Notes under the pieces: model-generated
Database searches by the model: none
What the model saw: only the letters and a program-made list of their open reading frames with translations
What the model was told of the DNA's origin: nothing
Virus record (IMG/VR): IMGVR_UViG_3300036783_000183
Location: 9,075 to 73,074 of that record
DNA: 64,000 bases
Direction: 5' to 3' (one strand)
From: a virus
Taxonomy: Duplodnaviria > Caudoviricetes
Program-made: the position numbers and the translations under genes
Shown here: positions 1 to 9,279 of the stretch, in pieces
How positions within the stretch are numbered: position 1 is the first letter of the stretch
Layout: each line of letters opens with the position of its first letter

Positions 1-1173
1 GCCCATCAGGAACGTGCGGGACAGGCCGAACACCTGCAGGATCGAGTCCTCGATCCGCTCGAAGTCCGGGGTCAGGTCGGGCATGTTCTCGCGGCCGAGC
101 ACGGGCAGCATCTCGACGGCGAAGTTGTAGATCAGCGCGCGGAAGTCGCCGGCCAGGGCGGCGTCCAGGGCCAGCTCGAAGTTCTCCAGGTCGTCATCGG
201 TCGGGATCCACGGCTGGGAGGTGCCCAGGTCGGTGGCGCTGGCGCCGAGCTTGCAGAGGATCAGCGGGGTGTACAGCCGGTCGGCGATCGAGTCGAGCGC
301 GGTGTTGAGCATCTCCTTCTGCAGCATCGAGCGCATCGCCCGGGTCAGCAGCGGGACGCCGCGCACGTTGAACGTGTCGCCCCGGAACTTCAGCTGCTTC
401 AGCAGGATGTTGGACACCGGCATGAAGGTGTTCTCGGCGGTATAGGCGCTCAGCTCGGGGTACTCCGCGATCAGCCGGTTGTACTCCCAGGCGGGCTGGC
501 GGGTCTGCAGGATCTGCCGGATGGTCCAGGGCAGCCGGATGAAGTAGCGGGGCTCCTTCAGGAACGGGCTGCGCTCGACCTTCACGTCATCGGGGTTGAG
601 CAGCTCCTCGTCGTCCCAGATGCCGAGGTCCTCGTTGAAGGTGGCGAACGGCCAGGCCTCGCCGGAGGTCCAGTACTCCCGGCCGATGTCGACGGTGAAC
701 TCCTCGTAGTCGAGATGCTCCTCGTTGAAGAACAGGTCGCCGTAGAAGTCCTCCAGCCGGGGGTCCTTGCACTCCAGGTGGTCGCCCATGGTCGGGAACT
801 TGCTGAAGATGTCGACGCAGGACCCGATGATCGGGTCGGTCTGGTACAGCAGCCGGCAGAACGCGCGGACCTTGGCCAGCTCCTCGTTCTGGGAGAAGTC
901 GTAGGGCAGGTTGTTCTGCCGCCAGTAGAACAGCGGGTCGCGCGGGCGCCCGGTGGCGAACTGGATGTCGCCGAAGCCGCCGGCCGCGCCGCCCCCGCCG
1001 CCGCCGCCGTAGGCGCCCGTGCGCCGCATGACCGAGCGGTTCTTGCGGGCCTCGGCGACCTCGGGTGTCATCGTCCCGGCCCGCTCGGCGCCCAGCGCCA
1101 GCATCCGGCTCATGCCCTCGCTGACCTTGCGGTCGCGGTCCAGAGCGGCGGCGGCGGAGAACTGGAGCTTCAC
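1..1173 (-). CDS. Phage portal protein (3' end runs off the window)
   Basis: Not in the ORF track. Hand translation from GTG 1173 (GTGA overlap with the upstream stop) gives MKLQFS...GRPRDPLFYWRQNNLPYD...CRLLYQTDPIIGSCVDIFSKFP...RGVPLLTRAMR...DSIADRLYTPLILCKLG, open to base 1. Resembles Bxz1-type portals. Confidence 0.8.
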   Translation of the reverse strand, partial: MKLQFSAAAALDRDRKVSEGMSRMLALGAERAGTMTPEVAEARKNRSVMRRTGAYGGGGGGGAAGGFGDIQFATGRPRDPLFYWRQNNLPYDFSQNEELAKVRAFCRLLYQTDPIIGSCVDIFSKFPTMGDHLECKDPRLEDFYGDLFFNEEHLDYEEFTVDIGREYWTSGEAWPFATFNEDLGIWDDEELLNPDDVKVERSPFLKEPRYFIRLPWTIRQILQTRQPAWEYNRLIAEYPELSAYTAENTFMPVSNILLKQLKFRGDTFNVRGVPLLTRAMRSMLQKEMLNTALDSIADRLYTPLILCKLGASATDLGTSQPWIPTDDDLENFELALDAALAGDFRALIYNFAVEMLPVLGRENMPDLTPDFERIEDSILQVFGLSRTFLMG

Positions 1174-2297
1174 GCGGGAGCCCTCCGGCTGCCCCGGATC
1201 TGGTGCTGGCTCAGCCAGGCCGTGTCGTGCCGGCGGACGTGCATCGGGTCGAAGCGCTCAGGCTGGTCGTACAGCGTGCAGCCGGGCCCGTCGTGATCGT
1301 GGGCCGGGCACTCGATCGCGTGGCCGTAGGGCCGGTCGGTGGCGTGGTCCAGGTAGCCCTGGTACCAGGAGTCCGGCTCGCCGCGCATGTCGGCGTCCTC
1401 CAGCGGGGACGAACCGGGGTTCCGGTAGCCGGAGAAGCCCTCCGAGGCGGAGTAGCCCGCGTCGTACTTCGCGCGGTGATGCGGATCGTCGCCGGTCGTC
1501 AGGTACGCCATCCGGCGCGCCGCCTCGATGCCGTGCTCCTTCAGCCAGCGGTCGTCCTCGGCCGAGCGGCCCGGGTCGATGTCAGCCTGCTCGATGCCCG
1601 GGACGACAGGATAGGTGTTGCGGGCACCGGGCAGACGGGGCTTGTGATAGGGCCACTTGCATTGCGGGCATTCAGTAGCGTTGTCGGGCACCGCTGACCG
1701 GCACCGGGGGCAGTCCCGGCTCTGGGCGGCCTGGCGGACCAGCCGCAGGACCGAGGGCGACATGCCGGAATGCAAGATGGCCAGGTGCCGGATGTAAGCG
1801 TCCTCGCCGAGCAGGTCCCCGGCCAGGGTGCGGTAGCGGCGGGCGGCGGCGCGGGCGGAGGTCTTCTTTTTCGGCGGTGGCGGGCCTTCCGCTTCGTCTT
1901 CCGGACCGCCTTCTTCTTCCGCCTCTTCCCCAGGCTCACCGCCTTCTTCGTCCTCATCACCGAACGGCGGCCCTTCTTCCTCGCCCTCCGCGCCCGGGGG
2001 CATGCCCTCGCCGCCCTCCATGCCGGGCGGCATCCCCTCTTCTCCTTCCATGCCCGGCGGGGGCATGGCGCCCATGTCCGGGCCCACGTCGGTGGGCGCG
2101 CCCATGCCCGGGGCCTGGGGCATGCCCGGGAAGGCGGGCTGGACCCGGACGATGAAGGACTGGCCGCAGAAGGCGCAGTCGATGCCGCCGTCCGAGCGGC
2201 CGGTGATCTGCCCGCTGCCGCAGAACGGGCAGTGGCTGCACAGCACGGGATCCCCCGGGTCGTGCGCGACCTTGACGAACCTGGGATCGAGCTGCAT
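1170..2297 (-). CDS. Zn-ribbon (CPFCGSG, CAFC, CPRC, CPQC) acidic/Pro-rich protein, probably head-associated
   Basis: ORF 1170-2372; likely start is ATG 2297 behind a GGAGG-rich RBS. Lies directly upstream of the portal. Confidence 0.7.
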   Translation of the reverse strand: MQLDPRFVKVAHDPGDPVLCSHCPFCGSGQITGRSDGGIDCAFCGQSFIVRVQPAFPGMPQAPGMGAPTDVGPDMGAMPPPGMEGEEGMPPGMEGGEGMPPGAEGEEEGPPFGDEDEEGGEPGEEAEEEGGPEDEAEGPPPPKKKTSARAAARRYRTLAGDLLGEDAYIRHLAILHSGMSPSVLRLVRQAAQSRDCPRCRSAVPDNATECPQCKWPYHKPRLPGARNTYPVVPGIEQADIDPGRSAEDDRWLKEHGIEAARRMAYLTTGDDPHHRAKYDAGYSASEGFSGYRNPGSSPLEDADMRGEPDSWYQGYLDHATDRPYGHAIECPAHDHDGPGCTLYDQPERFDPMHVRRHDTAWLSQHQIRGSRRAPA

Positions 2298-2330
2298 GCG
2301 GCTGCGCCTCCTCCCTCCTTCCGGGGCCGG

Positions 2331-2360
2331 TTTTGCATTACCAAGGTTTATTGATATTGT
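2331..2360 (+). promoter_or_regulatory. Conserved phage promoter/operator (TTTGCA-N17-TATTGT) with the palindrome TACCAAGGTTTATTGATA in the spacer
   Basis: The motif recurs at 4876, 7088, 15206, 21083 and (minus strand) 58779, always upstream of a gene cassette. Confidence 0.75.
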
Positions 2361-2392
2361 GGGGGTACACACCGACGAGACGGAGCACCGAG

Positions 2393-2953
2393 ATGACCAC
2401 CACCACCAAGGACCAGCTGGACACGGGCCAGCTGAGCGTGCTGAGCGCGGTCAGCCAGCTGAACGGCGAGCGCCGCACCACCAACAACAGCCAGGTCGCG
2501 AACCGCGCCCGGGTGAGCCGCACCTACGCGGGCAAGACTGTCCGGTTCCTGGCCGGGCGCCGGCTGATCACCGACACGGCCACGGGCAGCGCCCCGCACT
2601 GGCGGATGACCGCCGCAGGCAAGGCGCTCCTGGCCGGAGGCCAGGCCAGCGAGCCGACCGGGATCCCCGCCATGCTCATCGCGTACTTCGAGCGCAAGCA
2701 CTTCGAGGGCCCGAGGCAGACCCCGATGATCACCGAGATCTGGGGCAATGGCACCCCGTGGCAGGGCGTGAGCCCGACCGAGGCCACCTACACGAACATC
2801 CGGGCCCTGAAGCGGGCAGGCGCCAAGTCCCTCGGCATCGTCGCCTACGGCAGCCTGCCCGCCGACTTCACGGTGGCCGAGCTGCTGGACGAGGCGGACA
2901 AGCCGCTGCTCGGCGGCGCCATCATCGGATCACGCACCTGGAAGGCACGGTAA
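2393..2953 (+). CDS. Winged-helix DNA-binding domain protein
   Basis: NSQVANRARVSRTYAGKTVRFLAGRRLI...WRMT is a wHTH pattern. ATG 2393 follows the promoter and a GGAG RBS. Confidence 0.6.
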   Translation: MTTTTKDQLDTGQLSVLSAVSQLNGERRTTNNSQVANRARVSRTYAGKTVRFLAGRRLITDTATGSAPHWRMTAAGKALLAGGQASEPTGIPAMLIAYFERKHFEGPRQTPMITEIWGNGTPWQGVSPTEATYTNIRALKRAGAKSLGIVAYGSLPADFTVAELLDEADKPLLGGAIIGSRTWKAR

Positions 2954-3441
2954 TGAACGAAGAGACTGTCGACTGGGCCGGGCGCACGTTCGGCCAGCTG
3001 ACCTCGGACGAGCGGCGCCGCGTCACGCGGGCCGCCGCCGCCCGGATGCAGGACGAGCTGACCGCCGCCGCCTCCGCGATCGGCCGCATCATGGACCAGG
3101 CCGCCGGGCCGGAGCGCACCGCCCCGGACTTCAGGCTGGGCGACCGGGTGCGGTTCCCCCAGGGCGACGAGACTGGCACCATGCTGGACGGCAGCGTCGT
3201 CCGGGAGCCCTGGGGCCGCGAGGGCACGGTCAAGTGCGTCAGCATCCGGACCATCCCGGACGAGCGCATGTTCGCCCGGCAGGTCACGGCCGTCGAGCTA
3301 GTCGAGACCGTCGAGAGCATCTACGAGCGGCTGCGGGCCGGCCAGGTGGCCGCTAAGGACATGACCTGGGACGAGGCCGAGGCGGCCGTGGACCTGGCGC
3401 AGGGCACCCAGACCCGGGTGAGATGGAGGAACTGGACATGA
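2953..3441 (+). CDS. Hypothetical protein (possible SH3/KOW-like segment FRLGDRVRF)
   Basis: TAATG overlap with the upstream stop; phage-like codon usage. Confidence 0.6.
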   Translation: MNEETVDWAGRTFGQLTSDERRRVTRAAAARMQDELTAAASAIGRIMDQAAGPERTAPDFRLGDRVRFPQGDETGTMLDGSVVREPWGREGTVKCVSIRTIPDERMFARQVTAVELVETVESIYERLRAGQVAAKDMTWDEAEAAVDLAQGTQTRVRWRNWT

Positions 3442-3728
3442 GCACCCCCGACCCCGACTTCGCCGCCATCGGCGAGGAAGCCCGGCGCATGTTCGGGCAG
3501 CTGTTCCCCTCCCCGGCCCAGGTCGAGGAGCAGCTGCACGCAACGCTGACCCACGCCCGCGCGATCGGCGGCGGCGCGGGCGCGCTGGCCGCCGGGCTCG
3601 TCGAGGTGATGGAGGTCGTGCACGGGTGGAACCTGCGAGCAGGCGAAGACCCGGCCGCGCAGATCAGCATCGCCGAGGCCCGGAGCGCGATCGTGGAAGC
3701 GATCGCACGCGGCATGGGGGAAGCCTGA
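3438..3728 (+). CDS. Hypothetical protein
   Basis: GGAGG RBS and ATGA overlap. Confidence 0.55.
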   Translation: MSTPDPDFAAIGEEARRMFGQLFPSPAQVEEQLHATLTHARAIGGGAGALAAGLVEVMEVVHGWNLRAGEDPAAQISIAEARSAIVEAIARGMGEA

Positions 3729-4210
3729 TGAGCACCCCGAAGCGGCGCCCGGCCGGGAACCAGGGCCAGCGGCCCTGGCAGCCGATGCAGCGGGCCGTCC
3801 AGGTCGTCCCGGACTCGCTGCAGGCGATGGCCGCCCGGAAGCCGGACATCGCGGCCATGATCGAGAGCGGCAGCGAGGTCTGGCGCAACGACCGGTACGT
3901 CTGCCACGTCCGCCGGAACCCCGAGGGCGAGGTGACGGTGCTGTCCGTCCGGCGGGACGACCGCAAGGCCATCTGGGACTGGCGGCACCTGATGCTGATC
4001 AAGAACGAGATCGCCGGGGAGGAGATCGAGGCGTTCCAGATGCTGCCGGCGAAGAGCCGCACGGTAGACAGCGCCAACCAGTACTGGATATGGTGCCTGC
4101 CGCCAGGGGTGAAGATGCCGATCGGATTCGAGGAGCGGGTCGTGGCCGAGCAGGACCCGGAGTTCCCGCTGTCGAGGCAGCGGCCGTTCGCCGAGGGGGA
4201 AAACCTCTGA
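3728..4210 (+). CDS. Conserved phage protein (DUF7694-like)
   Basis: WRNDRY...DWRHLMLIKNEIAGEEIEAFQMLPAKSRTVDSANQYWIW matches the recalled family pattern; TGATG coupling. Confidence 0.6.
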   Translation: MSTPKRRPAGNQGQRPWQPMQRAVQVVPDSLQAMAARKPDIAAMIESGSEVWRNDRYVCHVRRNPEGEVTVLSVRRDDRKAIWDWRHLMLIKNEIAGEEIEAFQMLPAKSRTVDSANQYWIWCLPPGVKMPIGFEERVVAEQDPEFPLSRQRPFAEGENL

Positions 4211-4545
4211 CCGGAGAGGACCTGGCGGGCTGGGCGGTGGTCATCACCGCCCTGGCGGTGTACGCCGCCGCCTGGCTGTTCTGCGCCGCCTTCGTGCTCG
4301 GCACCCTGGTCACCGGCTGGGGGCCGCACGACTACCTGAAGATCCGCGAGGCGCTCGTGCCGCTGTGGTGCGTGCTGGCCCGGGACCAGGCGACAAGCGG
4401 CCGACTGGCGGGGGTCCTGGAGCGCCGCGCTCAGGAGGCCGGAGCGTACGAGCCCCGGCACGCCGCGCCGCCGGAGAAGCGGCTAGCCGACGACCGCGAC
4501 CTGACCTGGATGCTGTACATGCGGCGCTGGCCGCCGTATCTATAA
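4207..4545 (+). CDS. Small membrane protein (start uncertain)
   Basis: Hydrophobic stretch LAGWAVVITALAVYAAAWLFCAAFVLGTLV. Confidence 0.45.
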   Translation: MTGEDLAGWAVVITALAVYAAAWLFCAAFVLGTLVTGWGPHDYLKIREALVPLWCVLARDQATSGRLAGVLERRAQEAGAYEPRHAAPPEKRLADDRDLTWMLYMRRWPPYL

Positions 4546-4548
4546 ACT

Positions 4549-4860
4549 GTGAGAAATTCCTTCAGCCTGAGCCGGTACCGGACGGTCGGCGTCATCATCG
4601 ACCTGCACCAGGCCGAGCTGCGGCACCGCAAGCGGCACAAGGGGGATCCGAAGTGTCCCTGCGGCGGGGAGCACCCGGTCGAGGTCGAGGTGGACATGGA
4701 GCGGGCGGACCTCGTGCCGGTCCCCGAGATCCCGGTGTTCCTGGGCATCGGCGAGGCCCTCCAGCGGCTGCACGAGCTGGCGCACCCCGAGGGCACGCTG
4801 TACGTCCAGAACTGCCGCGAGCCGGAGTGCCGGGAGATCCAGGACTCCTGGCTCCCGTAG
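4549..4860 (+). CDS. Hypothetical Cys-containing protein
   Basis: ORF fills the gap up to the next promoter; CPCGG and CREPEC motifs. Confidence 0.5.
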   Translation: MRNSFSLSRYRTVGVIIDLHQAELRHRKRHKGDPKCPCGGEHPVEVEVDMERADLVPVPEIPVFLGIGEALQRLHELAHPEGTLYVQNCREPECREIQDSWLP

Positions 4861-4865
4861 CCCCC

Positions 4866-4897
4866 GATTTTGCATTATCAAGGTTTATTGATATCCT
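4866..4897 (+). promoter_or_regulatory. Promoter/operator copy 2 (TTTGCA...TATCAAGGTTTATTGATA, -10 TATCCT)
   Basis: 30 bp identical to 7078-7107. Confidence 0.75.
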
Positions 4898-4930
4898 GGT
4901 GTCATCAGCACGACGCACCGAGGAGAGACT

Positions 4931-5962
4931 GTGAGCACCGAGACCGACACCCGCACCGATGAGCAGCTGGCCGCCGACCCGCACGCGTTCGATGAGAAGC
5001 TGGCCGGCCTGTACGACGCCTGGGCGAAGGCTACCGCCGCCCGCGACCGCGCCTGGGAGCAGATCCACACCGCCGCCGGCGATCACCGGGACTACCGGGG
5101 CCGCAGCTCCCGGGCCTGGGGACGCACCCACACCGAGGTCGAGCAGACCGTCCGGCAGATGGCCGCTCACAGCGTGCCGCTCCCGGCGTCCATGGGCTTC
5201 CGGCAGACCCCGGGCGACCTGCTGGTAGCGCTGCGCGACGCCGACGCCTCACTGGCCCAGGCCGCGCTGGCCGTCCACGAGATGGAGGCCATCTACGCCC
5301 GGCCGGAAAACCGCTGGCAGCGGTTCTTCCCGTGCACCAACAGCGACGGGCACATCCACGACAGCTACCGTGGCTGCCCGAGCGTCCGCTGGGACACCCC
5401 GATGGCCTGGCGCCCGGACCTGTCCGGCCTGACCGTCGAGGAGGCCGTGCAGATGCCGCCGAAGGGCCTGGGCCCGGCGCTGTGCAGCATCTGCTTCCCG
5501 CTGGCCCCGGTCGAGCTGAAGTCGATGACCACCGGCCAGGTCGAGAAGGAGCGCACCCGCGCCGAGCGCGAGGCCGCGAAGGCCGTCCGCGAGCTGGCGA
5601 AGGCCGCCAAGCAGCTGGCCGGGGACGAGCAGTTCCGCACCGAGGGCCGCTTCGGCGAGACCGTCACCACCGTGGCCAGGTGCAAGGAGATCATCCGCCA
5701 GGCCATCGACGAGGAAGTCCAGCTGGAGTACTACAGCCGCCCCGGCGCCGAGCAGGAGTGGCAGGGCGACAGCGAGAGCTTCGCCCGGGTGCGCGGCAAC
5801 GTCGCCGACCGGCTGGCCGAGCTGCAGCGGGACGCCGGGCGCGCCGCCGCCGTCCTGACCGGACGCGAGGCCGCCCACGAGGGGTGGGGCGCGACCCAGG
5901 CCGCCATCACCAAGATGCAGCAGAACAAGTACAAGAGCGCACGCAAGGAATGGGGACTCTGA
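4931..5962 (+). CDS. Hypothetical protein with H/C motif (GHIHDSYRGCPS, LCSICFP)
   Basis: 343-aa ORF with a GAGGAG RBS, behind the promoter. Confidence 0.7.
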   Translation: MSTETDTRTDEQLAADPHAFDEKLAGLYDAWAKATAARDRAWEQIHTAAGDHRDYRGRSSRAWGRTHTEVEQTVRQMAAHSVPLPASMGFRQTPGDLLVALRDADASLAQAALAVHEMEAIYARPENRWQRFFPCTNSDGHIHDSYRGCPSVRWDTPMAWRPDLSGLTVEEAVQMPPKGLGPALCSICFPLAPVELKSMTTGQVEKERTRAEREAAKAVRELAKAAKQLAGDEQFRTEGRFGETVTTVARCKEIIRQAIDEEVQLEYYSRPGAEQEWQGDSESFARVRGNVADRLAELQRDAGRAAAVLTGREAAHEGWGATQAAITKMQQNKYKSARKEWGL

Positions 5963-6237
5963 TGAGCGAGCTGCCCGAGAAGAGCGAACCCGAGATGTCC
6001 GACGACAAGGCGTACAGCATCGTGCACCTGCGCCGGGCCGAGATCGAGGATCCGGCGGTGCGCGCCAGCTGGCAGGCTCGCGGGTACGCCACGCTGGGCC
6101 CGGTCGAGGGCCACGACCCGCATGTCCGGTGCCCGATCTGCTCGACCGACGAGCCGCCGGAGGACTGCGCGCTGTGCGGCCAGGGCCCCTGCGCGTTCAC
6201 CGGGAAGGCCCGGCGCGCGGCGGACGAGCAGCCATGA
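5962..6237 (+). CDS. Small Cys-rich protein
   Basis: TGATG coupling; CPIC and CALC motifs. Confidence 0.5.
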   Translation: MSELPEKSEPEMSDDKAYSIVHLRRAEIEDPAVRASWQARGYATLGPVEGHDPHVRCPICSTDEPPEDCALCGQGPCAFTGKARRAADEQP

Positions 6238-6575
6238 GCCGCACCGGCAAGCGCAGGCGGCGGCACCCGGGGCGGGCCAGCTACCGGGAGCAGGCACGGG
6301 CCCAGACGCTGGACGAGGCCCAGGCGGTCTACCTGGACCACCTGCACCGGGAAGACCCCGGCCAGGCGCGGGACTGGAACAGCGCCCCGCCGCCCGGCCG
6401 CAGGCGCCAGGGGCGGCCGGCGATCCCCCGGACCGCGCAGCGCGGCGGGGACCGCTACGAGCGGGCCAGCGTGTCCGACATCGAGCGCGTCTACACGGGC
6501 GCCCCGGACACGAAGCTCTTCTACGTCACCACCGCCGAGGGCAAGATCGTCATGCTCAAGATCACGAAGGACTGA
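6234..6575 (+). CDS. Hypothetical protein
   Basis: ATGA coupling; MSRTGKRRRRH... Confidence 0.55.
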   Translation: MSRTGKRRRRHPGRASYREQARAQTLDEAQAVYLDHLHREDPGQARDWNSAPPPGRRRQGRPAIPRTAQRGGDRYERASVSDIERVYTGAPDTKLFYVTTAEGKIVMLKITKD

Positions 6576-6576
6576 G

Positions 6577-6876
6577 ATGAAGCGCACCCAGCCCTTCACC
6601 GGGACGGGCCACCCGCCCTGGTGGCAGGTCTCGGAGAGCTACGAGCACCGGGGCACGCCGGTCACGCGGGGCCAGCGGCTGACGCTGACGGGCGGGCGCA
6701 CGGTGTACACGTTCGTGAACCACACCGTGGCGCCGCCCCGGCCGGGCAGCGGCAAGCGCAAGACGGCGGAGTGGATCACCGTCCTGGGGCCCGCCGGGTA
6801 CCGCTCGGTGCGGCCGGACCAGATCGGCCGGGTGCTGCCGCCCAGGAGGGCCCGGCGGAAGCGGGCCCCGGCATGA
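6577..6876 (+). CDS. Hypothetical basic protein (SH3-like beta fold possible)
   Basis: ORF track; tightly packed with neighbours. Confidence 0.6.
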   Translation: MKRTQPFTGTGHPPWWQVSESYEHRGTPVTRGQRLTLTGGRTVYTFVNHTVAPPRPGSGKRKTAEWITVLGPAGYRSVRPDQIGRVLPPRRARRKRAPA

Positions 6877-7079
6877 TCATGACCCAGGTCACGGCGGATG
6901 ACTGGCGGGGCTTCGCGCTGACCATGATCGACGCCGGCTGGTGCCCGCAGACGCTGACGCCACTGCGGGACACCGGCTGGTGCACCGACTGCCAGATCTG
7001 GTGGACCGTCGAGGGCAGCGACCGGGAGGTAGTGCGCACCCGGTACCCGCTCCCCGGCGTCCGGGAGCCCGAGCCCTGA
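6873..7079 (+). CDS. Small Zn-ribbon-like protein
   Basis: ATGA coupling; WCPQT...WCTDCQIWW. Confidence 0.5.
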   Translation: MIMTQVTADDWRGFALTMIDAGWCPQTLTPLRDTGWCTDCQIWWTVEGSDREVVRTRYPLPGVREPEP

Positions 7080-7109
7080 TTTTGCATTATCAAGGTTTAT
7101 TGATATCTT
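7078..7109 (+). promoter_or_regulatory. Promoter/operator copy 3 (-10 TATCTT)
   Basis: 30 bp identical to 4866-4895. Confidence 0.75.
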
Positions 7110-7137
7110 GATGGCTGACACCAACTGAGGAGACACC

Positions 7138-7629
7138 GTGAACGACAACTACGACAACGCGAAGGACGACGCGGCTATGCTGGCCCGGCTACTCGACGAA
7201 GGGCCCGAGGTGAGAATCAACCTCGGCGAGAGCCCGCTGTGCCGGTGGTGCTGGCGGCCGGTCTACCGCACGAATCTCACATCCGTCCGGCGCTGGAGCC
7301 TGGTGCGCCGGGAGTACCCGAGCCGCACCTTCAACTGCGACGCTCGCAGCGACGGCGAGGGGCTAAGCCGGCTGCCGCACGAGCCGGCCGGCGCCGTGTT
7401 CGCGTCCATCACCGTGCTGATCGCCAACGCCGCCCGGATCGCCCTGGCGGCCACGGCGAGCCCGGAGTACAACCAGGAGCGCCTGCACGTGATGGCCCAG
7501 CTGATCTGCCTGACCGCCGGGGTATCCGAGGAGCACGTGCCCTGGGCGATCACCGCGATCATCCGCAAGGCCGCCGAGGCCGACCCCGCGTTCCGCACCG
7601 CCGCCGCTGACTGGCCGGTGACCCCGTGA
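7138..7629 (+). CDS. Hypothetical protein
   Basis: GAGGAG RBS and GTG start after the promoter. Confidence 0.65.
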   Translation: MNDNYDNAKDDAAMLARLLDEGPEVRINLGESPLCRWCWRPVYRTNLTSVRRWSLVRREYPSRTFNCDARSDGEGLSRLPHEPAGAVFASITVLIANAARIALAATASPEYNQERLHVMAQLICLTAGVSEEHVPWAITAIIRKAAEADPAFRTAAADWPVTP

Positions 7630-8048
7630 ACGCCGCCGAGGCCGGCGCCGTCTGGCAGCTGATGCAGGAGGCACTGCACGGCCACGCCGAGCAGCTGCGC
7701 CGCGACGCGGCCGGCCGGAGTAACGCCGGCCCGCACCTGGCCAGCTACCGTGCCCGGCTGCGCGAGGAGCGCAAGCTGGCCCTGGCCGTCGAGGAGATGG
7801 TCAGCGGCATCGACCCGGCCACGCTGACGGCGTTCCTGATCATCAGCCGGACCCGGCCGCAGGACTACCCGGGCGGCCCGGAGCTGTGGGCGGTCGGCGA
7901 CAGCAAGGACGCCGACCGGCGGGCCCTGCTCTGGAGCCGGGCCGGGCACCCGCACCACCGGTTCTCCGGCGGCCAGCACGAGAAGATGTGCCGGGTCTGC
8001 ACGGGCGACCGCGACGGCCCCCAGCACCAGCCGTTCGGCCCGTCATGA
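7626..8048 (+). CDS. Hypothetical protein with C-terminal Zn-binding motif
   Basis: GTGA coupling; HPHH...CRVC...QH. Confidence 0.6.
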   Translation: MNAAEAGAVWQLMQEALHGHAEQLRRDAAGRSNAGPHLASYRARLREERKLALAVEEMVSGIDPATLTAFLIISRTRPQDYPGGPELWAVGDSKDADRRALLWSRAGHPHHRFSGGQHEKMCRVCTGDRDGPQHQPFGPS

Positions 8049-8080
8049 AAGATCTTCGAGCGATACGGAAGGACAGCATC

Positions 8081-8545
8081 ATGAATGACAACTGGGCAGC
8101 CGACCTGGCTGCTGAGATCAAAGACGCCCTGGCGTCTGGCGAGACCCGGGTCATCACCGTACCGAGCGAGCCGCGCAGGCAGCTCGCCGAGCGCGCGATA
8201 GGCCAGATGGCGGACAGTGCCGAGGCCGCTGCCCGCGTCACGGTCGACGTGCAGTCACCGGCCACCGCGCCGAGGCGCTGCTACTGGATCCCGGCCGAGC
8301 CGTGGAAGGACACCGGCAAGTGGGTACCCAGCATCATCGTCGAGGACGAGCCCGGCCACTCCCCGCTCGCCGGGGATCCCGCCAAGCTCCAGACGCCCTG
8401 GTACTGGGGCACGACCTACGCCGAGGCCAAGGCCACGGCCGACCGGATGAACCTGGAGGACTTCGGGATCACCGAGACGGACATGGCGGCGATCCTGCTC
8501 TCCTCGCTGCGGGCCCAGCGGCGTGAGGAGAACCGGGCATCATGA
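8081..8545 (+). CDS. Hypothetical protein
   Basis: ATG 8081 after AAGGA; alternative start at 8045. Confidence 0.55.
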   Translation: MNDNWAADLAAEIKDALASGETRVITVPSEPRRQLAERAIGQMADSAEAAARVTVDVQSPATAPRRCYWIPAEPWKDTGKWVPSIIVEDEPGHSPLAGDPAKLQTPWYWGTTYAEAKATADRMNLEDFGITETDMAAILLSSLRAQRREENRAS

Positions 8546-9279
8546 CGACCAGCCCGCCCAGCGCCCTGCTCAACCGGGTGCGCAAGCTGCTCGCCAAGGC
8601 CGAGGCCGAGGGCGTCACCGTGCCGGAGGCCGAGGCGCTGACCGCCAAGGCGGCCGAGCTGATGGCCCGCTACGGCATCGACAAGGCCCGGCTCGGCGTG
8701 CTGCACCCCGAGACCGACCGGCCAGGCAGCCGGATCATCGACATCGACAATCCCTGGGCCCAGGTCCGCGCGCACCTGCTGGCCGGCATCGCCGGGGCCA
8801 TGCGCTGCCAGTGCGTGCTGCTGAGCACCTCGCGGCCCGGCGCCCGGATCCACGTCTTCGGCTATCAGTCCGACCTGGAGCGCGCCGACATCTTGTACAC
8901 CTCCCTGCTGCTGCAGATGCACGGCGGGCTGGCGCGGACCCCGGTCCCGGCGGGCGTGCGCAGCGTCCGCGCCTGGCGGCGCAGCTGGCTGCTCGGCTTC
9001 GTCACCGCCGTGATCACCCGGATCCGGCTGGCCGAGGACCGGGCCAAGGACGCCGCCAGGACGGAAGACGAGGGCTCCGCCGGGCCGAGCACCGCGCTGG
9101 TGCTCCGCGACCGGGCCGTGACCATCCGGCACAACCTGGAGCAGGCCTACCCGGTCACCCGGAAGACCCGGATCACCTACAGCGGCCGTGGCTACCAGGA
9201 CGGCTACCGTCAGGGTGACCGCGCCGACATCGGCCAGGCCCGGCTGAAGAGCGCCCGCGCGCTGAACAGGGGTGCCTGA
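8542..9279 (+). CDS. DUF2786 domain protein
   Basis: LLNRVRKLLAKAE...EAEALTAKAAELMARYGID and FGYQSDLERADILYTSL are family signatures. Confidence 0.85.
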   Translation: MTTSPPSALLNRVRKLLAKAEAEGVTVPEAEALTAKAAELMARYGIDKARLGVLHPETDRPGSRIIDIDNPWAQVRAHLLAGIAGAMRCQCVLLSTSRPGARIHVFGYQSDLERADILYTSLLLQMHGGLARTPVPAGVRSVRAWRRSWLLGFVTAVITRIRLAEDRAKDAARTEDEGSAGPSTALVLRDRAVTIRHNLEQAYPVTRKTRITYSGRGYQDGYRQGDRADIGQARLKSARALNRGA